Origin: a virus
Length of the DNA: 64,000 nt
Strand: one strand, 5' to 3'
IMG/VR virus record: IMGVR_UViG_3300034374_010855
Span: 6,280 to 70,279 of that record
This document shows positions 38,168-47,470 of this stretch, in pieces. The notes below the pieces were generated by a model that saw only the letters and a program-made list of their open reading frames with translations, was not told the origin of the DNA and ran no database searches. The stretch's first letter is position 1. Every line of letters starts with the position of its first letter. The translations under genes and the position numbers were made by a program.

Positions 38168-40279
38168 ATGAATAAAAATAAAAAATCACTTAATGAAGAA
38201 TTAAGGATATTTGACCATTTGAATAATTATGATAAAGATTTTACCTTAGAAGAATCAAGATTATATTCTAAAGAAATTAAAAATCGTAAATATGATTTAA
38301 AAATAATTACAGAATCGGATATTAAAAGTAAAAAACCACATTTACTAAACGAATGGGCTCCTTTAGTTGGTGCACTCGCAAGAATAGCTCCTTGGGCTGT
38401 AAGAGGATTAGCTTCTATTGGTAGAGGTAGTGCCGCTCTTGGAAGTAGAGGTCTACTATCAAAACTACCTTCTTGGGGTAAGAGTTTATTAGGTTTAGGA
38501 AGGGTATCAACCAAAGGTCTACAAACCGCAAGTGGTAAAGCTTTAAAGTCTGGTTTGGCTTCTAAAATTGCATCTGGTAGTAAATTGGGTGCTGTAGGTA
38601 AAAATATACCAGGTTTGGTAAATGCACAAGCAGCTAAAGGTTTAGGTGCTTTACTTACTTGGGGGACGGGAGCTTCCTTAATTGGTAAATTTGGTAGTGG
38701 TGGTGGTAGTTCACCACTTCCAGGTGATGTTGTCGCAGGTCAAGAAGCTTGGGCAAGTGGACAACAACCATCAGAAGATGATTTCTTATCTATGGCATTT
38801 TCACCAGAATATTACGATAGTTTGAACGAACTAGATAAGTCAGATAGTGATATAACAGTAACTTTCCAATCAGAAAATGAAATAATACAAATCGCTGATG
38901 CACTTTATAACGCTATGGAAGGTGGTGAAAAATATTTTGGTAAGGGTATTATAGATACCTTAACTTTTGGAGCTACTGAAGGTGCTGGTACTGAGGAGGA
39001 AGATGTATACAAATCTTTCCAAGCTGTTAGAACAATAGGTGATTGTTCATATCTATCTAAAATATATCAATTAAAATATAATGTACCATTATTAGAAAAT
39101 CTATTAGAGGAATTAAATGAATCAGATTTTCAACCAATAGTAAACATATTGAGAGATAAACCAATAACAATAATTAACGATAAAAAAATATATGATTCTA
39201 AAGATTTAGAAGGAATTATTAAAAGTGAAACTGAAAAAATAATTCAAAGACCAGAAGGAATGCCAGCATACAGAGTAAAATTCAAAAGTTTGTTTGATGG
39301 TAATACTGTAGATTTATTTGTTGGTATGAATGCTGGAAACGCTACTATGGCAATAGTTTTCTACGCTGGTAAGGAAGAATATTTAGGTCAATTTCAATAT
39401 ATTGAGAATTCTGATGATAAATACTATTTTGAAACTCCAGATGGTAACGTATATACAATTTCAGATGAAGAAGACAAAGCTCAATTAGCTAAAGTATTCG
39501 GTAAGGCTAAAGATGAAGAAGAAGCTTCTGAAGATATCATGGTGTTAACTAAAGATATTGATGTTAATGGTGCTATATATGAAACTGGAGAAAATCTAAT
39601 GGACATTGAAGGTCCAGAGGGGACAGCTGATGAATATCTTGATGAATTACTTCAAGATAACCCAACAATAGCTAGTAGAAAACCTACAGCTTTACAAGGA
39701 GCTGCAATAGCATTAGCTATGGGAGTTAAAGATTTTGAAATTTTAACAGAATCTGTTAGTGGTTTGGCTGAAGTCTTGGGAGAAAGTAGATTAGTCGTAG
39801 AACAAAAATACACTGTTAATTATAGTAAAGAAGATAATAAATATAAAATCAGCAAAGTAAGAACAACTACAGAAACAGAACCTACAACATCAACACCTAC
39901 TAAACCTCAACAAACACCTACAAGACCAACAAGACCAACAAGACCTCAACAAACACCTACTCCAGTAGTACCTGAACCAGATGTTGCAGCTGAAGAAGAA
40001 ATACAAGATTTTGCTGGTAGATATAGTAGTAAAAAACAGGCTGAAGAAAGTTTAGAAAATCTAGAAAGAATAAACGATACAAAAGCAACTAAAAATGAGT
40101 GTATCGCTGTTATAGGTGCAGCATCTAAAGCGTTACCTACGGTTGGTGGACCTAACACATACAAAGTACTACAATATTGTTATGACGCTTATAATTTTAG
40201 TGGTAAAGAAAGTAGACGTGTTAAAAGCGGTTATGGTATAACAGGAAAAGGTGACTTAAAAAATAAAAAAAGAAAATAA
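38168..40279 (+). CDS. Late protein with Gly/Ala amphipathic region, annexin-like repeat, PT-rich linker and shared C-terminal domain
   Basis: IADALYNAMEG..GAGTEEEDV..YQLKYNVPLLENLLEEL; TATTTATA at 38146-38153. Confidence 0.7.
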   Translation: MNKNKKSLNEELRIFDHLNNYDKDFTLEESRLYSKEIKNRKYDLKIITESDIKSKKPHLLNEWAPLVGALARIAPWAVRGLASIGRGSAALGSRGLLSKLPSWGKSLLGLGRVSTKGLQTASGKALKSGLASKIASGSKLGAVGKNIPGLVNAQAAKGLGALLTWGTGASLIGKFGSGGGSSPLPGDVVAGQEAWASGQQPSEDDFLSMAFSPEYYDSLNELDKSDSDITVTFQSENEIIQIADALYNAMEGGEKYFGKGIIDTLTFGATEGAGTEEEDVYKSFQAVRTIGDCSYLSKIYQLKYNVPLLENLLEELNESDFQPIVNILRDKPITIINDKKIYDSKDLEGIIKSETEKIIQRPEGMPAYRVKFKSLFDGNTVDLFVGMNAGNATMAIVFYAGKEEYLGQFQYIENSDDKYYFETPDGNVYTISDEEDKAQLAKVFGKAKDEEEASEDIMVLTKDIDVNGAIYETGENLMDIEGPEGTADEYLDELLQDNPTIASRKPTALQGAAIALAMGVKDFEILTESVSGLAEVLGESRLVVEQKYTVNYSKEDNKYKISKVRTTTETEPTTSTPTKPQQTPTRPTRPTRPQQTPTPVVPEPDVAAEEEIQDFAGRYSSKKQAEESLENLERINDTKATKNECIAVIGAASKALPTVGGPNTYKVLQYCYDAYNFSGKESRRVKSGYGITGKGDLKNKKRK

Positions 40280-40291
40280 AAATAATAGATA

Positions 40292-41116
40292 ATGTCTAAA
40301 TTACAATTTAAAGAATCTGAATTAGTTTCATTTATTGAAGACCTAGTAAATGAAGAGAGAACTACCCTTTCTGAATCAAAAGAAAGAAAAATAAATATAT
40401 GGGTAGATAGGTTTGAAAGAAAAAATAAGAATAATTCTCCAGAACTTGTTTTTGAAAATTTCTCTAGAGAGATAAACAAACTTTCTAGAAATGGTATAAG
40501 CACTGATGATTTATCACTTTATTTAACAAAAAACAAAAAAATAATAAATGAACAAGCAGCTTTTACAATGTCTCAAAACCAAGGAATTTTTGGGACAATA
40601 TGGGAAACTATTCGTGAAGGATTATATAGATGGCTTTTAGGTTTTATGGGAATAAAAGATGGTGAATTAAAAGAAGTTTTGGCTAACACTTTGGGTAACG
40701 TACCATTCACAGATTTACCTAAATTAATGAATTGTAATTTTTTAGCACCAATCCTAACTAAAGGTATTTTGGAATATGGTATAAGAAGAATTAATAGGTC
40801 AATTACTGGTATGTCTGGAGGTTTCGAACAAATTTTTGGTAATTCGATTACTAATTTAGGTGACAACACAGAATTCTATCAAGACTTAGAATCTCAAGTT
40901 AGAGACTTTTTATGTGGTGCTTTAGGTAAGAAAAAAACTCAGGTACAAAATACTTTAGATGATGTGGAAGAACAAAACAAAGAAATGTGGGGTTCTGGTA
41001 GAAAAGAAAAAGGTGGTGAAGTGCCACCAGAAAGTTCTGGTCAATCAGTATCGTCTGGTTTGAATGATATTGCTAAAAAGTATTTTACTCAATTTATGCA
41101 AAATTTAGGAAGATAA
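40292..41116 (+). CDS. Late protein with KLQFKESEL leader
   Basis: Leader motif; LSE and INE sites. Confidence 0.72.
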   Translation: MSKLQFKESELVSFIEDLVNEERTTLSESKERKINIWVDRFERKNKNNSPELVFENFSREINKLSRNGISTDDLSLYLTKNKKIINEQAAFTMSQNQGIFGTIWETIREGLYRWLLGFMGIKDGELKEVLANTLGNVPFTDLPKLMNCNFLAPILTKGILEYGIRRINRSITGMSGGFEQIFGNSITNLGDNTEFYQDLESQVRDFLCGALGKKKTQVQNTLDDVEEQNKEMWGSGRKEKGGEVPPESSGQSVSSGLNDIAKKYFTQFMQNLGR

Positions 41117-41138
41117 CCTAAAAAACATAGAAAACAAT

Positions 41139-41164
41139 AAAAGGTTCCATTAGGAACCTTTTTT
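41139..41164. terminator. Bidirectional terminator between the late operon and tmRNA
   Basis: AAAAGGTTCC-ATTA-GGAACC-T6. Confidence 0.85.
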
Positions 41165-41170
41165 ATTTTG

Positions 41171-41559
41171 TGGAGGTGTCGGGTTTCGAACCCGAGTCTT
41201 GCTCGCAATATCCATAAAGGACTACACGCTTAGGTCAATACTGATTCTCAATATTCCGAAATAGTCAGTTTGTTCTTCACCATCGTAAACTTGACAACCA
41301 ATGGACGACTCGATTTTGGGTTCAGTCGTTTTTTCACCACAACAACGGACTTCTGTTCAAAGGTATATGTCCTGACCGACCCGTTTCACTGTCACGTCTT
41401 ACGCTACAGCTACTTCTTCAGTTCGTAGAAGACCTACAGCCTGAAGTTTTGCGAATGTTTCGCCATTTAAAAAATTGTATCCATAGATTAAAGTGATAGG
41501 AAACCTCTCACTGCGTGCCCCGTATGACTATCTACGCCAATCAATTCCAGTTCACCCCC
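41171..41559 (-). ncRNA. ssrA: tmRNA; predicted tag (A)GETFAKLQAVGLLRTEEVAVA
   Basis: 5' GGGGGTG pairs with 3' CACCTCC-A including G3-U70; T-arm TCGGG-TTCGAAA-CCCGA; tag ORF 41464-41399 after UAAAU; promoter TATATTTG at 41635-41628. Confidence 0.93.
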
Positions 41560-41702
41560 ATATTTCAAAGAACTAAGATTATAAGTATAATCTGTTTAAC
41601 TTAAATATCTAATTTTTGATTAGAGTACAAATATAAAAAATAATTTTCAATAAAAAAATAATTTAATTTTTTTTTTTAAAATATTATTATTATCTTTAGT
41701 TT

Positions 41703-42524
41703 ATGGATAAAGAAAGATTAAATAAATTAAAAAAGTTATTATCTGTACCAACATATACATGGTCTGAAGATAAGTTAATTAAACACGTAATTGAGTATAT
41801 TAGTTCAATTGATGGTGTTAGTCATTTTCAAGATGATTTAGGGAGTATTTATATCACTAAAGGTGAATCAAACACTTACCCTTGTTTAGTTGCACATTTA
41901 GACAGTGTACATCAACTAACTGATATGAAAGTTGTAGAAGAAGAATTACCAAATGCACAAGGTGAACTTAAATTAGCTTTAAAAGCTTATGATTCAGAGT
42001 TTGGTTTACCTACTGGTATTGGTGGTGATGATAAAGCTGGTGTTTTCATTTGTTTACAATTATTGGAAATGGTGGATGTGTGTAAAATATTTTTACCTGT
42101 AGCTGAAGAAACTGGATGTAACGGTTCTAGAGAGGCTGACCCAAAATTTTTTGAAAATGTTGGGTATGCAATTCAATTTGATTCTACAGAAAATAACACT
42201 ATGAGTAAAACTTTGATGGGAGTTAAATTATATGAAGAAGAAAGTAAATTTTTCAATTCTGTTAAAGATATAATTTTAGAACATGGTTTTACTAAATGGT
42301 TAAATCATCCATACACTGATACTATGATGTTAAAGAAGAAATTTAATTTCCCTTGTTTAAATTTTGCGGCAGGGTATTACAATTATCACACCAAAAACGA
42401 GTATGTAATTGTGGAAGATGTTGAAAACGCAATAAATTTGGGTTTAAAAGTGATAAATCAACTAGGCAATAAAAAATATGAATTTGTTCATATTCCAAAT
42501 AGTTATCCTAATATTCTTTTTTAG
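41703..42524 (+). CDS. Zn-dependent M20/M28-family peptidase
   Basis: AHLDSVH, GGDDKAG, AEETG, YYNYHT. Confidence 0.88.
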   Translation: MDKERLNKLKKLLSVPTYTWSEDKLIKHVIEYISSIDGVSHFQDDLGSIYITKGESNTYPCLVAHLDSVHQLTDMKVVEEELPNAQGELKLALKAYDSEFGLPTGIGGDDKAGVFICLQLLEMVDVCKIFLPVAEETGCNGSREADPKFFENVGYAIQFDSTENNTMSKTLMGVKLYEEESKFFNSVKDIILEHGFTKWLNHPYTDTMMLKKKFNFPCLNFAAGYYNYHTKNEYVIVEDVENAINLGLKVINQLGNKKYEFVHIPNSYPNILF

Positions 42525-42566
42525 TATTATTTTATTTTTAGAGGTATTTATAATAAAAAATAGTTT

Positions 42567-45236
42567 ATGCCTTTACCAATACCATTTTATTTAAGGACTT
42601 CACAAAACACACCATTAACACATGTTCAATTAGATGGTAATCTCAGTATTTTAAATACTAAAATTGATAATACAACATGTTTAAATGTGGGTAATGGTAT
42701 AGGTATGTTTAGAGATAAGGATGTTAATCCTAATAGTGGTACTATTAATTTATATTCATTATCTGGTACAAATGGAGTTAACATTTCATTATCTAATAAT
42801 AGTTTAATTATTGATGGTTCTGCAACTTCTTTTACTGGAAACACTTCTGGTAATTGTATAACAGATTTATATATAACCAATTTATATGGTTGCTCACCAA
42901 TAACAGTACATGATAATATACAACATGTTGGTTCTACAGCGAGTGGTTTATTATCTACAGCTATGGGTTATCAAACAACTGCTAGTGGCTATTATTCACA
43001 TGCAGAAGGTGCTTTTACAATTGCTAGTGGATTTACATCACACGCAGAAGGTAGTGGAACAACTGCTAGTGGTATTGTTTCACATGCAGAAGGTGGTTTT
43101 ACAATTGCTAGTGGTCTTGGTTCACATGCAGAAGGTGGTGAAACAATAGCTAGTGGTCTTGCTTCACACGCAGAAGGTGGTGGAACAATTGCTAGTGGTG
43201 ATGTTTCACATGCAGAAGGTGCTGTAACAACTGCTAGTGGTATTGGTTCACACGCAGAAGGTAGTGAAACAGTAGCTAGTGGTCTTGTTTCACATGCAGA
43301 AGGTAGTTTAACAATTGCTAGTGGTGATGGTTCACACGCAGAAGGTAGTGAATCAGTAGCTAGTGGTATTGCTTCACATGCAGAAGGTAGTCTAACAATA
43401 GCTAGTGGTGTTTTATCACATGCAGAAGGTGATAGTACTATAGCTAGTGGTCTCACTTCACACGCTGAAGGTATTTTAACTCTATCTAGTGGCGAAGCTT
43501 CACATTCAGAAGGTGAAAATACTATAGCTAGTGGTAATGCTTCACATGCAGAAGGTAATGGAACAATAGCTAGTGGTACTAATTCACATTCAGAAGGTAG
43601 TTCAACAACAGCTAGTGGTGATTACTCACACGCAGAAGGTGAAAGTACTATAGCTAGTGGTGAATCTTCACATGCTGAAGGTGGTAATACAACTGCTAGT
43701 GGTGATTTATCACATGCAGAAGGTGAAGATACTATAGCTAGTAGTGCTGCTTCACATGCAGAAGGTGCTGGAACAACTGCTAGTGGTCCTAATTCACATG
43801 CTGAGGGTGGTAATACTCTAGCTAGTGGTAATAGTTCACACGCAGAAGGTTTTAATACAATAGCTAGTGGTGCTAATTCACATGCTGAAGGTGGTGATAC
43901 AATAGCTAGTGGTAAACAGTCACATGCAGAAGGTGCTAGTACGGTAGCTAGTGGAAATACATCACATGCTGAAGGAAATTTTACAGTAGCTGGTGGTAAT
44001 TATTCACATGCAGAAGGCAGGTATTCAATTGCTAGTGGTCTTGTTTCACATGCAGAAGGTTTTGAAACAATTGCTAGTGGTGATTATTCACATACTGAAG
44101 GTAGTGGAACAACAGCTAGTGGAATTTATTCACACGCAGAAGGTGTTAATACTGTAGCTAGTGGTGTTACATCACATGCTGAAGGTAGAAGTACAATTGC
44201 TGGTGGTACTTATTCACATGCAGAAGGTAGTGGGACAATTGCTAGTGGTGCTTATTCACACGCAGAAGGTGCTGGAACAACTGCTAGTGGTACTTATTCA
44301 CACGCAGAAGGTGGTGAAACAACAGCTAGTGGTGATTATTCACACGCAGAAGGTTATAATACTCTAGCTAGTAGTGATGCTTCACATGCTGAAGGTAGAA
44401 GTACAATAGCTAGTGGTGAATATTCACATGCAGAAGGTAATGGAACAATAGCTAGTGGTGAATCTTCACATGCAGAAGGTAATGGAACAATAGCTAGTGG
44501 TGATTACTCACATGCTGGTGGTAGTAGTACAGTTGCTAGTGGGGTTACTTCATTTACTCATTTCACAAATAATACAGGTGGGAGATTAGGAGCGTATGGT
44601 GATTATTCAGCAATTCTTGGAGGTATTAATTCAAATGTAGCTGATACAGGTCATTATTCTGTGATACTTGGTGGTAGTGGTAATACTATTAGTGGTTTGT
44701 ATAGTGCAGTTATAGGTAGTAGTGGTATAACAGCAACTGCTGATAATACAGTATATGTACCAAATTTAATTATAGATGGTCTTACAAATGTTAGTGATTT
44801 ACAAACTAATGGTGATGGTTTAATAATTGATGGAGCTTCAGATATATCCCTTAAAAATAATGTGGAAACTTTGTCTAACGCTTTAGAAAAAATCATTTTA
44901 TTAAATCCAGTTTCATTTGAGTGGAAAGAAGAAATGAAATTAAGAGAAGGTAAAGTATTTGGTTTAATAGCACAAGAAGTAGAAAAAGTAATACCACAAA
45001 TAGTAAGAGAAAGAGTTAATGGTAGTGGTACTTTAACTGTAGAATATAAAGAATTAATTCCTTGGTTAATTTCAGCGATACAAGAATTAATCAAAGAAAA
45101 TAATATCGTCCCAGAGTACACCCCAACCTCAACAGACGATTCATTTGGTAGGGTAGGTACTATGGTTAGGGACGATAATTATTTTTATATTAAAGGGAGT
45201 GACGGTTGGCGTAGAACTTCCCTTGAAAAATTTTAA
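42567..45236 (+). CDS. Tail fibre/adhesin with YadA-head-like 14-aa repeats and C-terminal intramolecular chaperone (peptidase S74)
   Basis: 36 SH(A/S/T)EG units; SDISLKNNV..LNPVSFEWK..GLIAQEV; TATTTATA at 42545-42552. Confidence 0.85.
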   Translation: MPLPIPFYLRTSQNTPLTHVQLDGNLSILNTKIDNTTCLNVGNGIGMFRDKDVNPNSGTINLYSLSGTNGVNISLSNNSLIIDGSATSFTGNTSGNCITDLYITNLYGCSPITVHDNIQHVGSTASGLLSTAMGYQTTASGYYSHAEGAFTIASGFTSHAEGSGTTASGIVSHAEGGFTIASGLGSHAEGGETIASGLASHAEGGGTIASGDVSHAEGAVTTASGIGSHAEGSETVASGLVSHAEGSLTIASGDGSHAEGSESVASGIASHAEGSLTIASGVLSHAEGDSTIASGLTSHAEGILTLSSGEASHSEGENTIASGNASHAEGNGTIASGTNSHSEGSSTTASGDYSHAEGESTIASGESSHAEGGNTTASGDLSHAEGEDTIASSAASHAEGAGTTASGPNSHAEGGNTLASGNSSHAEGFNTIASGANSHAEGGDTIASGKQSHAEGASTVASGNTSHAEGNFTVAGGNYSHAEGRYSIASGLVSHAEGFETIASGDYSHTEGSGTTASGIYSHAEGVNTVASGVTSHAEGRSTIAGGTYSHAEGSGTIASGAYSHAEGAGTTASGTYSHAEGGETTASGDYSHAEGYNTLASSDASHAEGRSTIASGEYSHAEGNGTIASGESSHAEGNGTIASGDYSHAGGSSTVASGVTSFTHFTNNTGGRLGAYGDYSAILGGINSNVADTGHYSVILGGSGNTISGLYSAVIGSSGITATADNTVYVPNLIIDGLTNVSDLQTNGDGLIIDGASDISLKNNVETLSNALEKIILLNPVSFEWKEEMKLREGKVFGLIAQEVEKVIPQIVRERVNGSGTLTVEYKELIPWLISAIQELIKENNIVPEYTPTSTDDSFGRVGTMVRDDNYFYIKGSDGWRRTSLEKF
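42930..44550 (+). repeat. 42-bp coding tandem repeat, about 38 units
   Basis: Recurring gctagtggt-N6-tcacaYgcagaaggt with 42-nt period. Confidence 0.92.
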
Positions 45237-47278
45237 TTAAATTGTATTAATTACAATTTCATTATCTTTAGTAACACTAATTTTATATTTCATATTTTCT
45301 AAAATATCACCTTTTAGTATATTTTCAGAGATAAAATCTTCTATTTTATTTTGAATAGCTCTTTTAATTGGTCTAGCTCCAAATTTTTCATCATAACCTT
45401 CATTAAGAATAAATTTAGTTATTGAATCGTCAAATGAAATATCATAATTTTGTTCAACTAATCTATCTTGCAGTGATTTTATTTCTAATTTGATAATTTT
45501 AGAGACTGTAGATTTTTCTAAAGGTTTAAATACAACTGTTTGGTCTATTCTATTTAAAAATTCAGGTCTAAAGGTATTTTTAAGTGCTTTTTTAATTATA
45601 GCTTCTCTTTTTTCCTCAAGTCTTGATTCACTTTCTTTTGTTGAGAACCCTAAAGGACTATTAAATTCGGAAACTTGTTTTGCTCCAACATTAGATGTCA
45701 TAATTAATAAAGTGTTTTTAAAATTAATTTTTCTACCCAAACTATCAGTTATATGACCATCATCAAATATTTGTAACAATAAGTCATATATGTCAGAGTG
45801 TGCTTTTTCTATTTCATCTAAAAGAATTACAGAATAAGGTTTTTTTCTAACCGCTTCGGTTAATTGACCACCTTCATTATAACCTACGTAACCTGGAGGA
45901 GACCCAATTAATCTAGTAGAATTAAATTTTTCTTTATATTCTGACATGTCTAATCTTATTAAAGCATCTTCACTACCAAAAACTTCTTTAGCTATCGCTT
46001 AGCTAAATGAGTCTTACCTACACCAGTAGAACCTAAAAACATAAATGAACCAATAGGTTTTTTAACTTCACGAATACCAACTCTATTTCTGCGAATAGCT
46101 CTAGCTATTTTTTGTATAGCTTCATCTTGCCCAATTACTAATTTTTTAAGTGATTTTTCTAATGTGAGCAGACTTTTTGTTTCATCAGCATCTAATTTAG
46201 ATAAAGGAATTTTTGTTATTTGGGACACTACATCATATATGTCTTTTTCTGTAATATCTATTCTACTACTTTCCATTTCTATTTCCCATTCTAACTTTCT
46301 ATCTTCCAATTCTCTAACTACATTTTTCTCCTCATCTCTAAGTTCAGCAGCTTTTTCATATTTTTGTGATTTAACAACTTCAACTTTTTCTAATTTTAAA
46401 TCACTTAACTTAGACCTTAAATCTTCAATTTCTTTAGGATATTCAATATCAACTTGAACTTTAGCTCCCACTTCATCCATAATATCAATAGCTTTATCTG
46501 GAAATTCTCTATTTGTTATGTAACGTTCAGCTAACATAACACAAGTAGATAATGACTCTTCAGTAAATTTTACTTTATGGTGGTCTTCGTATTTTTCTTT
46601 AATGTTCTTTAAAATTTGTAATGTTTCTTCCATTGTTGTTGGTTCCACTACAACTTTTTGAAATCTTCTTTCAAGAGCACCATCTTTTTCAATATTTTCT
46701 CGGTATTCATTTATGGTGGTAGCTCCGATACATTGAACTTCTCCCCTCGCCAAAGCTGGTTTGAATATATTTGCAGCATCTAAAGAACCAGAAGCGTTAC
46801 CAGTTCCAACAACTGTATGAATTTCATCTATGAATATTATAATATTTGGATTGTCCTTCAATTCATCAATAATAGCTTTCATTCTTTCTTCAAATTGACC
46901 TCTGTATTTTGTTCCAGCTACTATTGAAGTTAAGTCTAAAGCTATTATTCTTTTGTCTAAAAGATTTCTAGGACATCTACCTTCATTTATTTTAATAGCT
47001 AAACCTTCTACTAAAGCGGTTTTACCACAACCTGGTTCACCTATTAATACAGGGTTATTCTTTTTTCTTCTAGAAAGTATTTGAGCTATTCTATTTATTT
47101 CATCTCCTCTACCAACAACTGGGTCTAACTTTCCTTCTTCCGCATATTTTATCAAATCTCTAGAAAAATTATCAAGAACTGGTGTTCTACTTTTAATAGA
47201 CGTTTTTTCTTTTCTTGTTTTACTTTTGTTTTCGTCAGATTCAAAATCAGCGAAACTTCCTTCTAATTTCATAGGCAT
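45237..47278 (-). CDS. clpC: ClpC-type AAA+ unfoldase lacking the N-terminal Clp domain, split by a 1-nt frameshift near 45999
   Basis: GEPGCGKT, IFIDEIH, UVR middle domain, GSTGVGKT; the shifted frame continues [21 protein letters not shown]; LGF ClpP-docking loop. Confidence 0.9.
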
Positions 47279-47335
47279 ATTTAAATATTTTTAGTTAATT
47301 AAAATCATATCAATAATAATCCCAATAATCAACCC

Positions 47336-47397
47336 TTGTCTTTTTGACAATACGATATGACATAATGTCAGTATTTTTGTCATGGTATATTATTTGA
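47336..47397 (+). promoter_or_regulatory. Clustered TGWCA palindromes plus a GG-N10-GA element in the clpC/dnaK divergent region
   Basis: TTGTC-T5-GACAA (47336-47350), TGACATAATGTCA (47358-47370), TGGTATATTATTTGA (47383-47397). Confidence 0.55.
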
Positions 47398-47470
47398 ATA
47401 CTTGATTTACGAGAAAAATATTAATATATTTCTCATAAATAAACAAATAAATATAAATAAAATTAAACAA

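Noticed and set aside
42930-44550. CRISPR array
   Set aside because: The 42-bp period is in frame within a tail-fibre ORF, with no unique 30-40 nt spacers and no cas genes.
45992-45994. TAG reassignment (alternative genetic code) suggested by the split clpC
   Set aside because: Readthrough gives non-homologous residues then TAA; the continuation is in another frame. Other genes are intact in code 11 and TAG ends real genes such as the portal.
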